Assembly: GCA_051942245.1 (NCBI GenBank)
Contig: JAVECL010000242.1
Span: forward strand, 1 to 33,471
Direction: 5' to 3'
Source of the DNA: Trypethelium eluteriae
Lineage: Eukaryota
DNA: 33,471 nucleotides
Part shown: positions 23,801 to 33,471 of the stretch, in pieces
How positions within the stretch are numbered: position 1 is the stretch's first letter
Layout: each line of letters opens with the position of its first letter
The notes under the pieces: generated by a model
The model's input: only the letters and a program-made list of their open reading frames with translations
What the model was told of the DNA's origin: nothing
Database searches by the model: none
Program-made: the position numbers and the translations under genes

Positions 23801-24627
23801 TATACATAGCATCTGAGTGGGGTCACGAGAAGGTAGTGGAGGTGCTCCTCGAAAGGGGAGCGGATGTTGATGCTCCAGGAGCGAATGATGATACTGCACT
23901 ATACGCAGCATCTTGGACTGGCCACGAGAAGATAGCGGAGTTGCTTCTCAATAATAGGGCGGATGTTAATTCTCGAGGAAAACACTATGGCAGTGCCCTA
24001 AATAGTGCAGCACGCTATGGTGAAGAGAGAGTGGCAAAGTTGCTTCTTGATAGGGGAGCGTCCCCAAATTTGAAAGATACATCTGGTCGAACAGCGCTCT
24101 CCTGGGCCGCGGCACATGGCAAATTAGCATTGGTCGAAATGCTGCTTGAGCATGAAAAGGTCGATCAGAGATCCCGGGATCATTTTGGCCAGACCCCATT
24201 ACAGCTCGCAGCAGGGAACGGTCACGAGGCGATCGTGAAACTACTGATCGCGGAGAACCTTGACAGTCTGTTCTCTAACGACAATTTTGGCCGGACGCCG
24301 CTTTCTTGTGCTTCAAAGAGGGGACATTCAAAAATTGTGCAACTAATCCATGAAAGGTACCAGGAAAATGGCATAACTATTCGTGATGAAGACACAATAA
24401 ATTTTGGGCCACCACCGGTATCTAACCAAAGAGGTCGCATACACTGCGATGTCTGTCTAGTAGAGGTCCCAGATGTCAATGTTCACTACCACTGCGAAAT
24501 TTGTGATGATGGAAATTTTGATGTCTGTCAGTATTGTCATTTTGAAGGAGCGTTCTGTTTAGACGACTCCCACAAGTTGATCAAACGCGCCGTTGAGGAT
24601 GATGGTTTTGTGGAATTAGATGTTTGA
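20873..24627 (+). CDS. NLR-like protein: PNP_UDP (Pfs) - NACHT - ~8 ankyrin repeats - ZZ-type zinc finger; 2 exons (20873-21857, ~21935-24627), ~1225 aa (alternative ATG at 20804)
   Basis: PNP motifs VGVICAL, HNVVIACLP, GLMIGIGGG, DIRLGDVV, EMEAAG and IRGICDYADSHKN..WQ.YAA. NACHT Walker A ADPGCGKS, Walker B CVLDALDEC, LVTSRP and LIHQTAKEFL. Ankyrin G.T(A/P)L..AA..GH repeats. C-terminal CDVC...HYHCEICDDGNFDVCQYC...C...H. Intron donor gtaagt at 21858; acceptor at 21934 or 21943, both in frame. Confidence 0.93.
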
Positions 24628-26797
24628 GTGGCCTTGGGAGTCGTCACCGGTGCATTCACGATACAATTAAGACTACACTTCTGATTGATTCGACTGGACT
24701 GCTTGACAGGGAGCTTGTATAAAGATCAATTCAACCGTTTTCTCCCCGAGTCGGATTCCTTCTCTTATTCACCAAGCTATGCAGCAACCTTTTAGTTGAT
24801 AAATCATTTGCTGTCAATTGTTTAAATGCGTTGTCAAAATTTCAGATAAAGGTCATAAGATGCGTACGAGGGAATGGTGCGAGGGAGCACTAAGTCAAGA
24901 AAAGATCGATAATGAGGCGACGGGGCATCATCCATAGATCTCCACCTCCGATGGATATCGTACCTATCTATTACCTCTCCTTGAACATCTATCCAGGAAA
25001 GTAGCGGAAGTGTGAGTTATAACATAGCCACCCCCTTTTGAGGAAGAATATACATGAGCAATCGAGGGCATGCTGACAGTATGGGCCAATCCACTCCCCC
25101 GGGAAATTTCACAGGGATTCCAGCACATGGAACTATCTCTGTTTCATTAGTGTTTTCGACTCTCACTATTATTGTGTTCTGAGCCGTCTCACTGCATCTC
25201 GAAAAACGGCCAAGCCTTGACGGACGCTGCATTGTCGACGGCAAGTGGGACGAGAATTAAAATTCATGGCGACAAAAGTTTCGGGAGCTTCCGCTATCCA
25301 TCCGGTGAATTGTGATTGACTTTGAGAATTGACGTACTCCTCGAGGGCATTAGACTCATATTCCTCGACGACAGAATTAGCATAGTATCGACACATATAA
25401 TAAGTGTCATGGTGTCAATTCCCAGTTGAGGCGCTTTTTGTCGTACTTAAGCAGCCTACTCTATCTCCGAAGCAAACAAAGGGTGGCAATCAGAATCGAG
25501 AATTATTCTCCTCGTTGGGTAAGGGACTATTTCAGGCAATGTCTTCGAGACCTGCAACTCATGCTGAACTTGCCACAATAGGAAGAGAACCAAAGCGGAT
25601 GCGAAGGTCACAAGGAAGCCAGAGACATCTGACTTCAGAGCGAATAAATGGGTATTTCGAAAATTTGAGTGCTCAAGAATTTAAACGCGAGTCTCTCTGG
25701 GAGAATGAAGTATTCAATTAGAAGAAATGCAAAATTCTAGAAAGACCTTGGTTTCCAGAAAATTAGGCTACAGGTATATATAAGAGAAGAGGATTCTGAT
25801 CTTTCAGCAGTTCGAAAGCATGTAGTTTCAGGATCACCATAAGTCCTCGGGGTTAGAGAACGACGTGTCTTGAGTGCATTGATTGAAAGCCTGTTGGACG
25901 TTTGCTATGGATGTAGACGTGGTGTCGAGGCTTTTGTGGAATTGACATACATATTCTTTCCAAGGCTGAAAGTCCCGTCTAATCAGAGATCTTTGATCTG
26001 TGGCTCAACAGATTAGCTATCATGCTTTCATGGAAGTTAATCTCGGAACAGTGGCACGGTTCCTATATTTCCAGAAAGTCATGATTCGATCAATGCAACG
26101 TCACAACTTCCTTGCTCATAAGTCTGCTTGTTCGATCGACCATCGATCTCGAAGTCATTCGCATACGGCATGGCCGTCATCATCATGGATATTAAGTCTT
26201 CTGAGCGAATCGGCGTAGAGGATACGTTGAGATCGAAACCTTTCAGGTCATCCACTCCTCAGTAGCTTGCGGAACTACGCACAATGCAAAGACAAGAGTT
26301 CAAAACGAATAGAGTAGGTAGATTGTATGTTAGGTAGGTACCTTACCTTAGCTATAGGTCGAGGATGGTTTCATTCTTATCTCCGCCCGCAATTTCGTCG
26401 GGCCCGAGGTTTGGAAGGCACGGGACGTCAGGGCCGCTCGGGCCGAACACAAAGCTATGGCCTGATGGGGATCACTGGGACCGTCATTCTTGACCGCTCG
26501 CCGGCTCGGGGTTTGAGAAGTACACATCTTAAGTCAGCGTCGGCGTTAACGATTCAACGGTAACACCAGGTCAAGATGCATGATGGCATGGCTAATCGCA
26601 TGTGCAGGATCGGTGCCCACAATGAAGACCCGAAAAGTCCTTGATTGCGGAGAGAATCTCCTTTCTCCGCGACCGTCTTCTTGTCACAGGGCTTATAAGT
26701 ATCCCCGTAATTTAAATATCTTTCCGCCATCTTAACATTGAATCTCCAAGCTACAGTACCTTCTGTCATCCCACTGATTTCTCATCATTGTCTGACC

Positions 26798-27265
26798 ATG
26801 ACGCAACCAATCGCTCTGGCTTCGCTCGAGACCAAAGATGCCATCATTGACCCTCTGTACCGCTGCCTTATTGGCCTCGACTCAAACGACCGCGGCATAT
26901 TCGAGTCAGCCTGGGCCAAAGGCGAGGCTGCCTTCGACATGAACGGCAATGTCATGGATGGCATGGATGCAATCAACACGAACATGTTTGAACATATTGG
27001 CCCTCTAGACACGCAGCATATGATCAGCAACGTCCGCGTGGACCACAAGGATGGCGCAGACCAGGCCTATATGACCGCTTATGCGCTCGCGCAACATTAT
27101 AGAGCAGGAGAGGGCATGGATCCAGGGACCAAGAGGCTGTTATCTGGAGCGTCTTACTCTATCGACGTCATTAAAGACAGCGGTGACGGGCTATGGAAGA
27201 TTAAAAGATGGACCATGAAGCTCATTTGGGTCGAAGGTGACATGTCAATTGTGAGGCCGTCGTAG
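26798..27265 (+). CDS. SnoaL-like / NTF2-fold protein (~155 aa)
   Basis: AIIDPLYR...GLDSND...FESAW, LDTQHMISNVRV, AYMTAYALAQHYR, Y..DV..D..DGLWKIKRW.MKLIW.EGD. A TATA-like element lies near 26693-26718. Confidence 0.88.
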   Translation: MTQPIALASLETKDAIIDPLYRCLIGLDSNDRGIFESAWAKGEAAFDMNGNVMDGMDAINTNMFEHIGPLDTQHMISNVRVDHKDGADQAYMTAYALAQHYRAGEGMDPGTKRLLSGASYSIDVIKDSGDGLWKIKRWTMKLIWVEGDMSIVRPS

Positions 27266-27748
27266 GAGGTCACAGGTCGAGGGTACATCGTACCTACATA
27301 TCTTGGTCCAAAAAAACAAGCAGTATGACTCACGCCTCGTGAATGTGAAATATAGAGGAAGGAGATCATTATCATTGTATTTAGAGAGGTTTCGTGAAAA
27401 GCGAATGAAAGCCTCAAAATCCGATAGCCTCACATTTCAATAGGGATGTGAGCCCACGCGTACTCTTCCGAAGACTGGGAACAAAATGCTAGCCCTAGCC
27501 CGATCGAGAGGAATTGATGCTATTGAGACGTTTTAAAAACACTAAAATTAAAACGTGATCACGTTGTCCATTGAGCAGCACGTCGATCAATTGGGTACAG
27601 TAAGTAAAATTTGTTCTGGTGCACTGTCTTTGTATCTGCACAGGCCACCTAAACATTAAGACCACAAACGAAAGCGTCGCTTAAACTCCTTAATAGAGAT
27701 AGCTTGATTACTACCAAACGTCTCTCTTCGTGATCTCGAAGAACCATC

Positions 27749-28438
27749 ATGGCATCCCAAGCCAATGTCCCCACCCAATTGGTTCAAAAGCCTATCGTCT
27801 TCCTGCTCTCCCTCGGCCTTGAGTGCTGGTTTGACGAACGCTACGCTAGATTGATCGATTTACTAGCCAACCGGGCTAACATCAAACGCGCTACGAAAAG
27901 CGATGCCGCAATTCGTTACCTCACCAACAATTCACCTTCTGCCATCATCGTCACAGATCCTAGCATTGTCGGTAAATCGAGCTCGAAGCAACAAGTTCTG
28001 GGCAAGGTAGAAAATTTCATCTCAAACGGCGGGACTGCAATTTTCGCCTGTCATTTCAGCAGCTTCATTAGGCCTCCGGATATGGACAAGTTTTGGCGAT
28101 CCACATTCGACCTGCCCTGGAAATATGGAGATTACCAACGCACGACGGTACATCTTGTGCATCAAACAGCGACAAGACTCAAGTGCTCAGCCGAACATCT
28201 CGAAAAAGGGTATAGCCAAAAAGCTGTCTTTCTGAGAGATGTGCAACTCAGTGATGCATTATACCTTCCCTCCGCCGAAAGTAGGATACAGAGCATGGTC
28301 TTCCTACCTGAACCTGTGGATCAGACCCAGACGCCAGTAGCCTGGGCTAAATACGGGGATGGTTGGCTTGGATACGTCGGTGATTTCAATGCTGAGGAGT
28401 GTAGTGACGAGGTCATTTTGGCCATGTGTGGACTATAG
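27749..28438 (+). CDS. Conserved fungal hypothetical alpha/beta protein (possibly class I glutamine amidotransferase-like fold)
   Basis: Intact 229-aa ORF with good start context and motifs PSAIIVTD, GGTAIF...FSSF, F.LPW..GDY.RT, YSQKAVFL and TPVAWAKYGDGWLGYVGD.NAE. The fold assignment is a recollection-level inference. Confidence 0.78.
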   Translation: MASQANVPTQLVQKPIVFLLSLGLECWFDERYARLIDLLANRANIKRATKSDAAIRYLTNNSPSAIIVTDPSIVGKSSSKQQVLGKVENFISNGGTAIFACHFSSFIRPPDMDKFWRSTFDLPWKYGDYQRTTVHLVHQTATRLKCSAEHLEKGYSQKAVFLRDVQLSDALYLPSAESRIQSMVFLPEPVDQTQTPVAWAKYGDGWLGYVGDFNAEECSDEVILAMCGL

Positions 28439-29057
28439 GGTTTCGCGGCTCCTGAGGTCGATATAATATTATGTGGGATCGAGCAACAAGGGCATTAACA
28501 GATATTCTATAGATGGCGGACATCGAGATTGCTGGTTTGCTGAAGTCCGTTGGTTGGGGCAAGTCGCGCTCAGACAGTATCTATAATTACGAGTTGCATT
28601 CTCTGTCAAGTATCTTGCAACTTCCCATGGCTGAGAACAATGAAGACTGGTCCCAGCTTTACAACGGGTACTCTGTCGCTCTTGTCAGCTCAACGTATCA
28701 CTAGGTACAACATGATTGATGATCTGTGATCCGTTGCTCATAGGTGGGTATTCACAATCAAATGGCGAATCATAGAAAATCAAGTTCAAATACTCTTTAA
28801 ATCCTTCGGCCCCTTTAAATATGTTGAAGTTCATAGTCGGTAATGAATGTGACGGTTAATGCATAAAGTCAGTGCTGGTGATCTTTCTACCTCTAAGGCA
28901 CGCATGGCGCGAATGGTTCGTGCCTATGCAAGTCTTTGCTCTACATCGATTAAATGGCACTGAGATCTGTATTTTATTACTACCTAAGACAATTCTAGCA
29001 CTCGATAGTCGTCCTTCTCCGGAAGATCCTACGACATCTTACTTCGATGGACCGTCT

Positions 29058-29080
29058 TCGTGAGTCACTCGTGAGTCACT
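29058..29080. promoter_or_regulatory. Tandem Gcn4/CpcA (AP-1-type) sites
   Basis: The 11-bp direct repeat tcgtgagtcac occurs twice. Each copy contains GTGAGTCAC, which fits the RTGA(C/G)TCAY consensus, ~130 bp upstream of the methyltransferase ATG. Confidence 0.55.
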
Positions 29081-29205
29081 GCGCATCAACCCCTCATTCA
29101 AAAAGCAGCATCTTACCCCACTTCAGGGAGGAATTCTTGAAGTCGCAATACTTGTTCAAGATTTCTAGCTAGATTTGACTGCGGACCGAACGATTCTCAG
29201 AAGTG

Positions 29206-29904
29206 ATGGCTTCCGAAGAAGCATCGAATCAACCAACAACATTCACTGTGGAGCAGGCTGCTGATCTCTTTGGCTCCCTTGGAAAACGCTATGAGAGTGC
29301 CTATAAAGACATTCCCGATCAGAACGCATCTCTGGCTTGGCTTCTGGCTCAATTGAAGCCAAAGAGCAGAGTTCTAGATATCGGCTGCGGCACGGGCAAA
29401 CCTGTTGTAGCAACTCTCAGCGATGCTGGTCATGATACCAGAGGTATCGACTTCTCACCTGGTATGATAGAAGTTGCCAAAAGTCAAGTCCCGGCCGCGT
29501 CATTCGAAGTTCTTGATGCACGTAGCATCCCGGACGAACCCAATTCCTACGATGCAATCACATCCTATTTCGCTTTGCTTGCAGCGATTTCTCGGGACGA
29601 TATACGACAGGTCTTTCGCAAGGTGCACCTGAATCTGAAGCCAGGTGGCTTCTTCGTCTTCGCAACCGTGCCTGTCGATTTGGATGACCAACCGTGCAAA
29701 TTCATGGGGCACAATGTGAGGATCACCTCCATGACTCCAAATCAGTATGATGAGGCATTGCGTGCAGCAGGATTTGAGATTTTGAAGAGCAGTCTGAACG
29801 ACTTTCGTCCAGATGCTGTCGGTGCTTGCATTTGCGGGCCAGAGGATGAAAATTCGGAACCTCAGCTATTCATTTATGCCAGGAAACCCAACGGAGATAA
29901 ATGA
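29206..29904 (+). CDS. Class I SAM-dependent methyltransferase (~232 aa)
   Basis: Motif I VLDIGCGTG, post-I GIDFSPGMIEVA, motif II SYDAI and motif III LKPGGFFVF. Confidence 0.92.
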   Translation: MASEEASNQPTTFTVEQAADLFGSLGKRYESAYKDIPDQNASLAWLLAQLKPKSRVLDIGCGTGKPVVATLSDAGHDTRGIDFSPGMIEVAKSQVPAASFEVLDARSIPDEPNSYDAITSYFALLAAISRDDIRQVFRKVHLNLKPGGFFVFATVPVDLDDQPCKFMGHNVRITSMTPNQYDEALRAAGFEILKSSLNDFRPDAVGACICGPEDENSEPQLFIYARKPNGDK

Positions 29905-31364
29905 TCGGTGTCTCCTCAATGGTCATTTGGCAAAACAAAGAGCTTAAAAGGACCCCAGGAGTGAGCAGACCTTGACGGGATCGGGCTGGGCTGATTTGCG
30001 AAGTGATTCGGCGAGATTGGTTTGGCGGCTTCTGTTCTCAATGACTTGCCCAATAAGCGTATGTAGTAGTGAAAAGAAGGCTCATGGAACCATGGGGAGA
30101 CTGTAAACTGGACTTGGCTACTTCTAAGCTGTGATATTCATTCAAGCTCTTGCCATAATCTACCTCTGAGCTTTCTAATGCCAGAATCCAAAGCACCTCG
30201 CCAATCTGGCCGGTGGTGATAAGTCTGGCTTCTACCCTTGGTGGAACTTATACCTGGCTCCTCAGAATCTTTTGATCCAGATATGGTGGTGCCGCCACAA
30301 GAGGCAGGACTAAGCTGCTCCCATTCTGTCAACTCGTCAGCTTTCATATCCCCCTGAATATTTGAAGGAGCAGAGTGGAAATTCGCGCACAGTATGAGTT
30401 CAAAGAGATCATGGATGAAGGCGAAAGTTATTGTATCGTATGGATACTAACATTTACGATAGAGACTGGAGCATGCAAGGGGTTGTTGGTGATGGAAACT
30501 TCAATCATTGCATTGTTGTACTGACTCATACATGCCTGATACTGGTAGTCGTCTTTCTTGGAAACACCCATGACCTAGGCTATACGCCACCCAAAAGACA
30601 ACGGCATGCTATTATACTCTCGAGGAGCCCACTTGGGTCGATGGAACACAGCTCGGTCGCACCCTCCCCAATACCCCTAGCCTGGAATGTTCCGATAGAT
30701 GGTCTTTCTCGGCCTCTTTTCTCTGCGACACTTCTTCTGGTCAATGAAGCGACGTTTGTAACTCTCACCTTCCATCTCAGTTCATGCCACGATAGCTTCT
30801 ACCGTTGCCACAAGTCAAGCCAACAAGGGTCTAGTGGGATTGGCACAAAAGCCCGCCAAATTTTGCCTGTAGATAACCCAAACATGCCTATCGGATCGAT
30901 TGCAGCGACCGGTAGGTATGTATTAATGTTATTATAGAATGACGCTTCTGGGGGAGGTCCAGCCTCCACCATGAAGAGCCCAGGAACGGACGTGCTTGCC
31001 ACCACAGGTATTCTACCACATGATATCCAGAGCTTCCGCAACGAAAGCATAGACACTGGCTAGAGAAATCGCCCTCGCACAAGGGTACGACCAAAGTGGG
31101 TCAGCCACCCTCTCTGCTTAAGGCGGTATTCGAAGTAGCCAGTTAGCAATAAGTGGCCAAGATGCTTGAGAGTACTTCAAATAGACAGGCTGAGTATGAT
31201 AGTTCGTACACAGTAATTGAGATTCGGTAACTTACCACTATATAGCTTACCTGCTTCATCAGTAATCTCGAAAATTGATTGATCTGAAGTGGTGAACTGC
31301 AACCTAATCAATTGCAGGTGTAAGGTCTGGATTCTGGAAGAATCGCAGACGGAACTACTTATGC

Positions 31365-33471
31365 ACTATTCGTCCGCCCCACCTCCTGCAGGCTATCGTC
31401 TTCTGCAGGCAATTTTTCGAACCGCACACACAACTTCAATAATTTTTAACTCCACCAATATGGCTCCAATTAATGAGGCGATTGCAGATTTAGAATTGCG
31501 AGGCGCGAAATATTATGCTGCTACAGCCAGAAAATTCGGAATATGCGATTCGACGTTGTCGCGACGCCACAGAGGGTTAACTCGTGACTGAGCCATTGCT
31601 CAAGCAGACACCAACGCCAACCTCTCAACACAACAGCAGTGGGTCCTAATTAATTATATTAATGCACTTACGTATTAGGGGATTCCTCTTACGCTAGGAA
31701 TGGTATAAATTTGGTGCAAGAATATTACTAGATTTTACCCTAGAAAGAACTGGGTTTCGCACTTTATAAACCTCCATACTTCTAAGCTATCTAACAACTT
31801 TATAAGTGCGATTAACCTTAATTAAGTTTAAGCAGATAATCCTACGCAGATTGAGCTTTATTTTAATCTAATAAGCGTCTAAAAAAGTAATAATTAAGGT
31901 ACTAATATTTAAGCAGACTTACTTAAAAATTAAGCAATATAGCATTCTACTTAAAAATACATATAATTTGGATAAAAAGGGCTTTTTAATTGGGTGTTTA
32001 CAAAAACAATATTAAATATTCAATAAAGAAGCCTATAAGCAAGGTAAATTAATTAATACTGGATAAAATAACAATAAAGATTGGATTACAGTGCTTGTAG
32101 GTATCTGCATAAATAGAACTATATTACCTATTGGTTTAATCTATTTAGTAGATACTTTTAATATTCAAAACTTATGGCTTAAAGGGTTTAATCTAAAGGA
32201 GGATATTATGTTTTTTATAAGCTTATTAAGTGGCTAAATAAATAAGGAATTAGGTATTAAATAGCTGATTAATATATTTAACCACTTTACAAAGCAGAAA
32301 GCTTAAAATAAAAAAGATTCATAGCTTCTATTTATAGATAGTTATAATAGCTATTTATTTATAGCCTTCTTAAATTACTGCTTAAAACACCAAATCCATA
32401 TAGTAAAGTTCCCACCTTATTTAACTTATTAACTTTAACTGCTTAACATAAGCTTATTTAGACTATTAGCAACTTATTATTTAGCAGAGCTTAATAAGTG
32501 GATTATAAAGCACCATAGCTTAATCCACTTTTTTAAGAGAGACTTTTATCCTTATTTTAAGAAGGCCTGGCAGGCTGCTTTTAAGGAATTAAATACTTAA
32601 AGTAATTAGACCAAAATAAGGCTAAATTTATTTAATCCTTTTATAATGCTTAATAAGCTACGCCGACCTCAATCTAAATAACTAAACAGTGCTAAAAAGC
32701 TATTACCTATAAAGATTTAAAGTTATCAGCATGCTAAAAACCTTATTAATTAAGCTTTAAGGCCTTAGAGGTTATCTGCTGCTAAGCAGCTTATAGACAG
32801 CTACCTTAGCCTCACCGCTAAAGTTAAGCTTTTAAATTATAAAATAGCAAACCTCCATAAGACTGTATAACTATTATAAAGCTAAAAGCATAAACCTAAG
32901 CTGGTATTTAAGCCATTTAAGGTTACAAAAGCTGAGTTTTTATTACCAGCAAGGATCTAAGCATAGCTTAACAAAAAGGAGGCTGAAAAGATTGAACAAG
33001 CTCAGAAACTTGCTAAAAAGGAGGCTATAAAGACGCAAAAAGCACTTAATAAATAGACCAAAGCACTTAAAATTAAGCAATAAAAGCGTTAAGCAGCTAT
33101 TATAAAAGAGGAGGCAGCGAGACAGAAGCGCTTAAAGGCCCTGCAGAAGGAGCAGACTCAGCAGCAAAATAAGGCCATTAAATAGCTTATAAACAAGCTA
33201 CAAGCAGCTTAAAACACCACGCCAAAAGCTTCATAATTACCCAATTTAGTAATCAAAGAGGTGGAAGTAGTTGAGGCACCTAAAGTGAGCGGTGCGGATT
33301 CTTCTTGTGCGCGACCTCGCCGGCAACCACAACTCCCACAGCGATTTAAGAGTTAATTCAACCTGATCAGTAGATAGAGCGCATTCAATAGTACATTACA
33401 TCTAGTTATCGCAATTTTTAATAGAGTGGTGGTGGAGTAATAATTAATTGAAAGGGTGGAGATTGGAAGGT
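31365..33471 (+). mobile_element. Tc1/mariner-superfamily pogo/Fot1-like DNA transposon, inactivated by RIP; boundaries approximate, right TIR not seen
   Basis: Abrupt AT/TpA-rich composition around a transposase relic. A candidate left TIR at ~31365-31417 has an internal repeat (cctcctgcaggc / tcttctgcaggc) followed by aattttt. Confidence 0.9.
31460..33356 (+). pseudogene. DDE transposase relic (HTH psq, CENP-B-type HTH, DDE_1) with many stop codons
   Basis: MAPINEAIADL...AATARKFGICDSTLSRRHRG, YNLDKKGFLIG (from YN.DEKGF), WITVLVGIC, LLFIDSYNSY (from LL..DGH.SH) and FPPYLTY*L*LLNI (from PPHSTH.LQPLD). It ends RPRRQPQLPQRFKS*. Confidence 0.9.

Noticed and set aside
25017..25721. ORFs downstream of the NLR as a possible partner or amyloid-motif effector
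   Set aside because: No HeLo, gasdermin or amyloid-like motif is visible. The NLR already carries its own effector domain.
26313..26360. taggtaggtaccttaccttagctatagg quasi-palindrome
   Set aside because: Low-complexity TAGG/CCTA-type sequence with no further structure such as TIRs or a target duplication.
30138..31094. 168-aa and shorter ORFs before the transposon
   Set aside because: Unnatural composition and no motifs; the longest begins at a non-ATG codon.

Overview
Eukaryotic DNA from a filamentous ascomycete, with short GT-AG introns, HET and NACHT genes and RIP-like mutation. A Dothideomycete is likely, by inference only. The window is a gene-sparse, accessory-looking region. In order it holds: a HET-domain gene whose 3' end appears replaced by foreign, LTR-like sequence; a spliced DUF1349/Ree1-like gene largely missed by the ORF track; a divergent pair made of a 5-exon uncharacterised membrane protein and an ArsB/NhaD-type (IT superfamily) transporter; an allantoate-permease-type MFS transporter; an F-box pseudogene; a Thr-rich secreted Cys-domain protein; a spliced His-rich secreted protein with dibasic processing sites; a PNP_UDP-NACHT-ankyrin-ZZ NLR-like gene; three small single-exon genes (SnoaL-like, unknown alpha/beta protein, SAM methyltransferase); and a RIP-destroyed pogo/Fot1-type transposon at the right end. 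Exon structures were derived by hand and family assignments come from motif recognition, not database searches. The best candidates for undescribed biology are the His-rich Kex2-type precursor, the membrane protein/ArsB-like divergent pair, and the NLR with an integrated ZZ finger.
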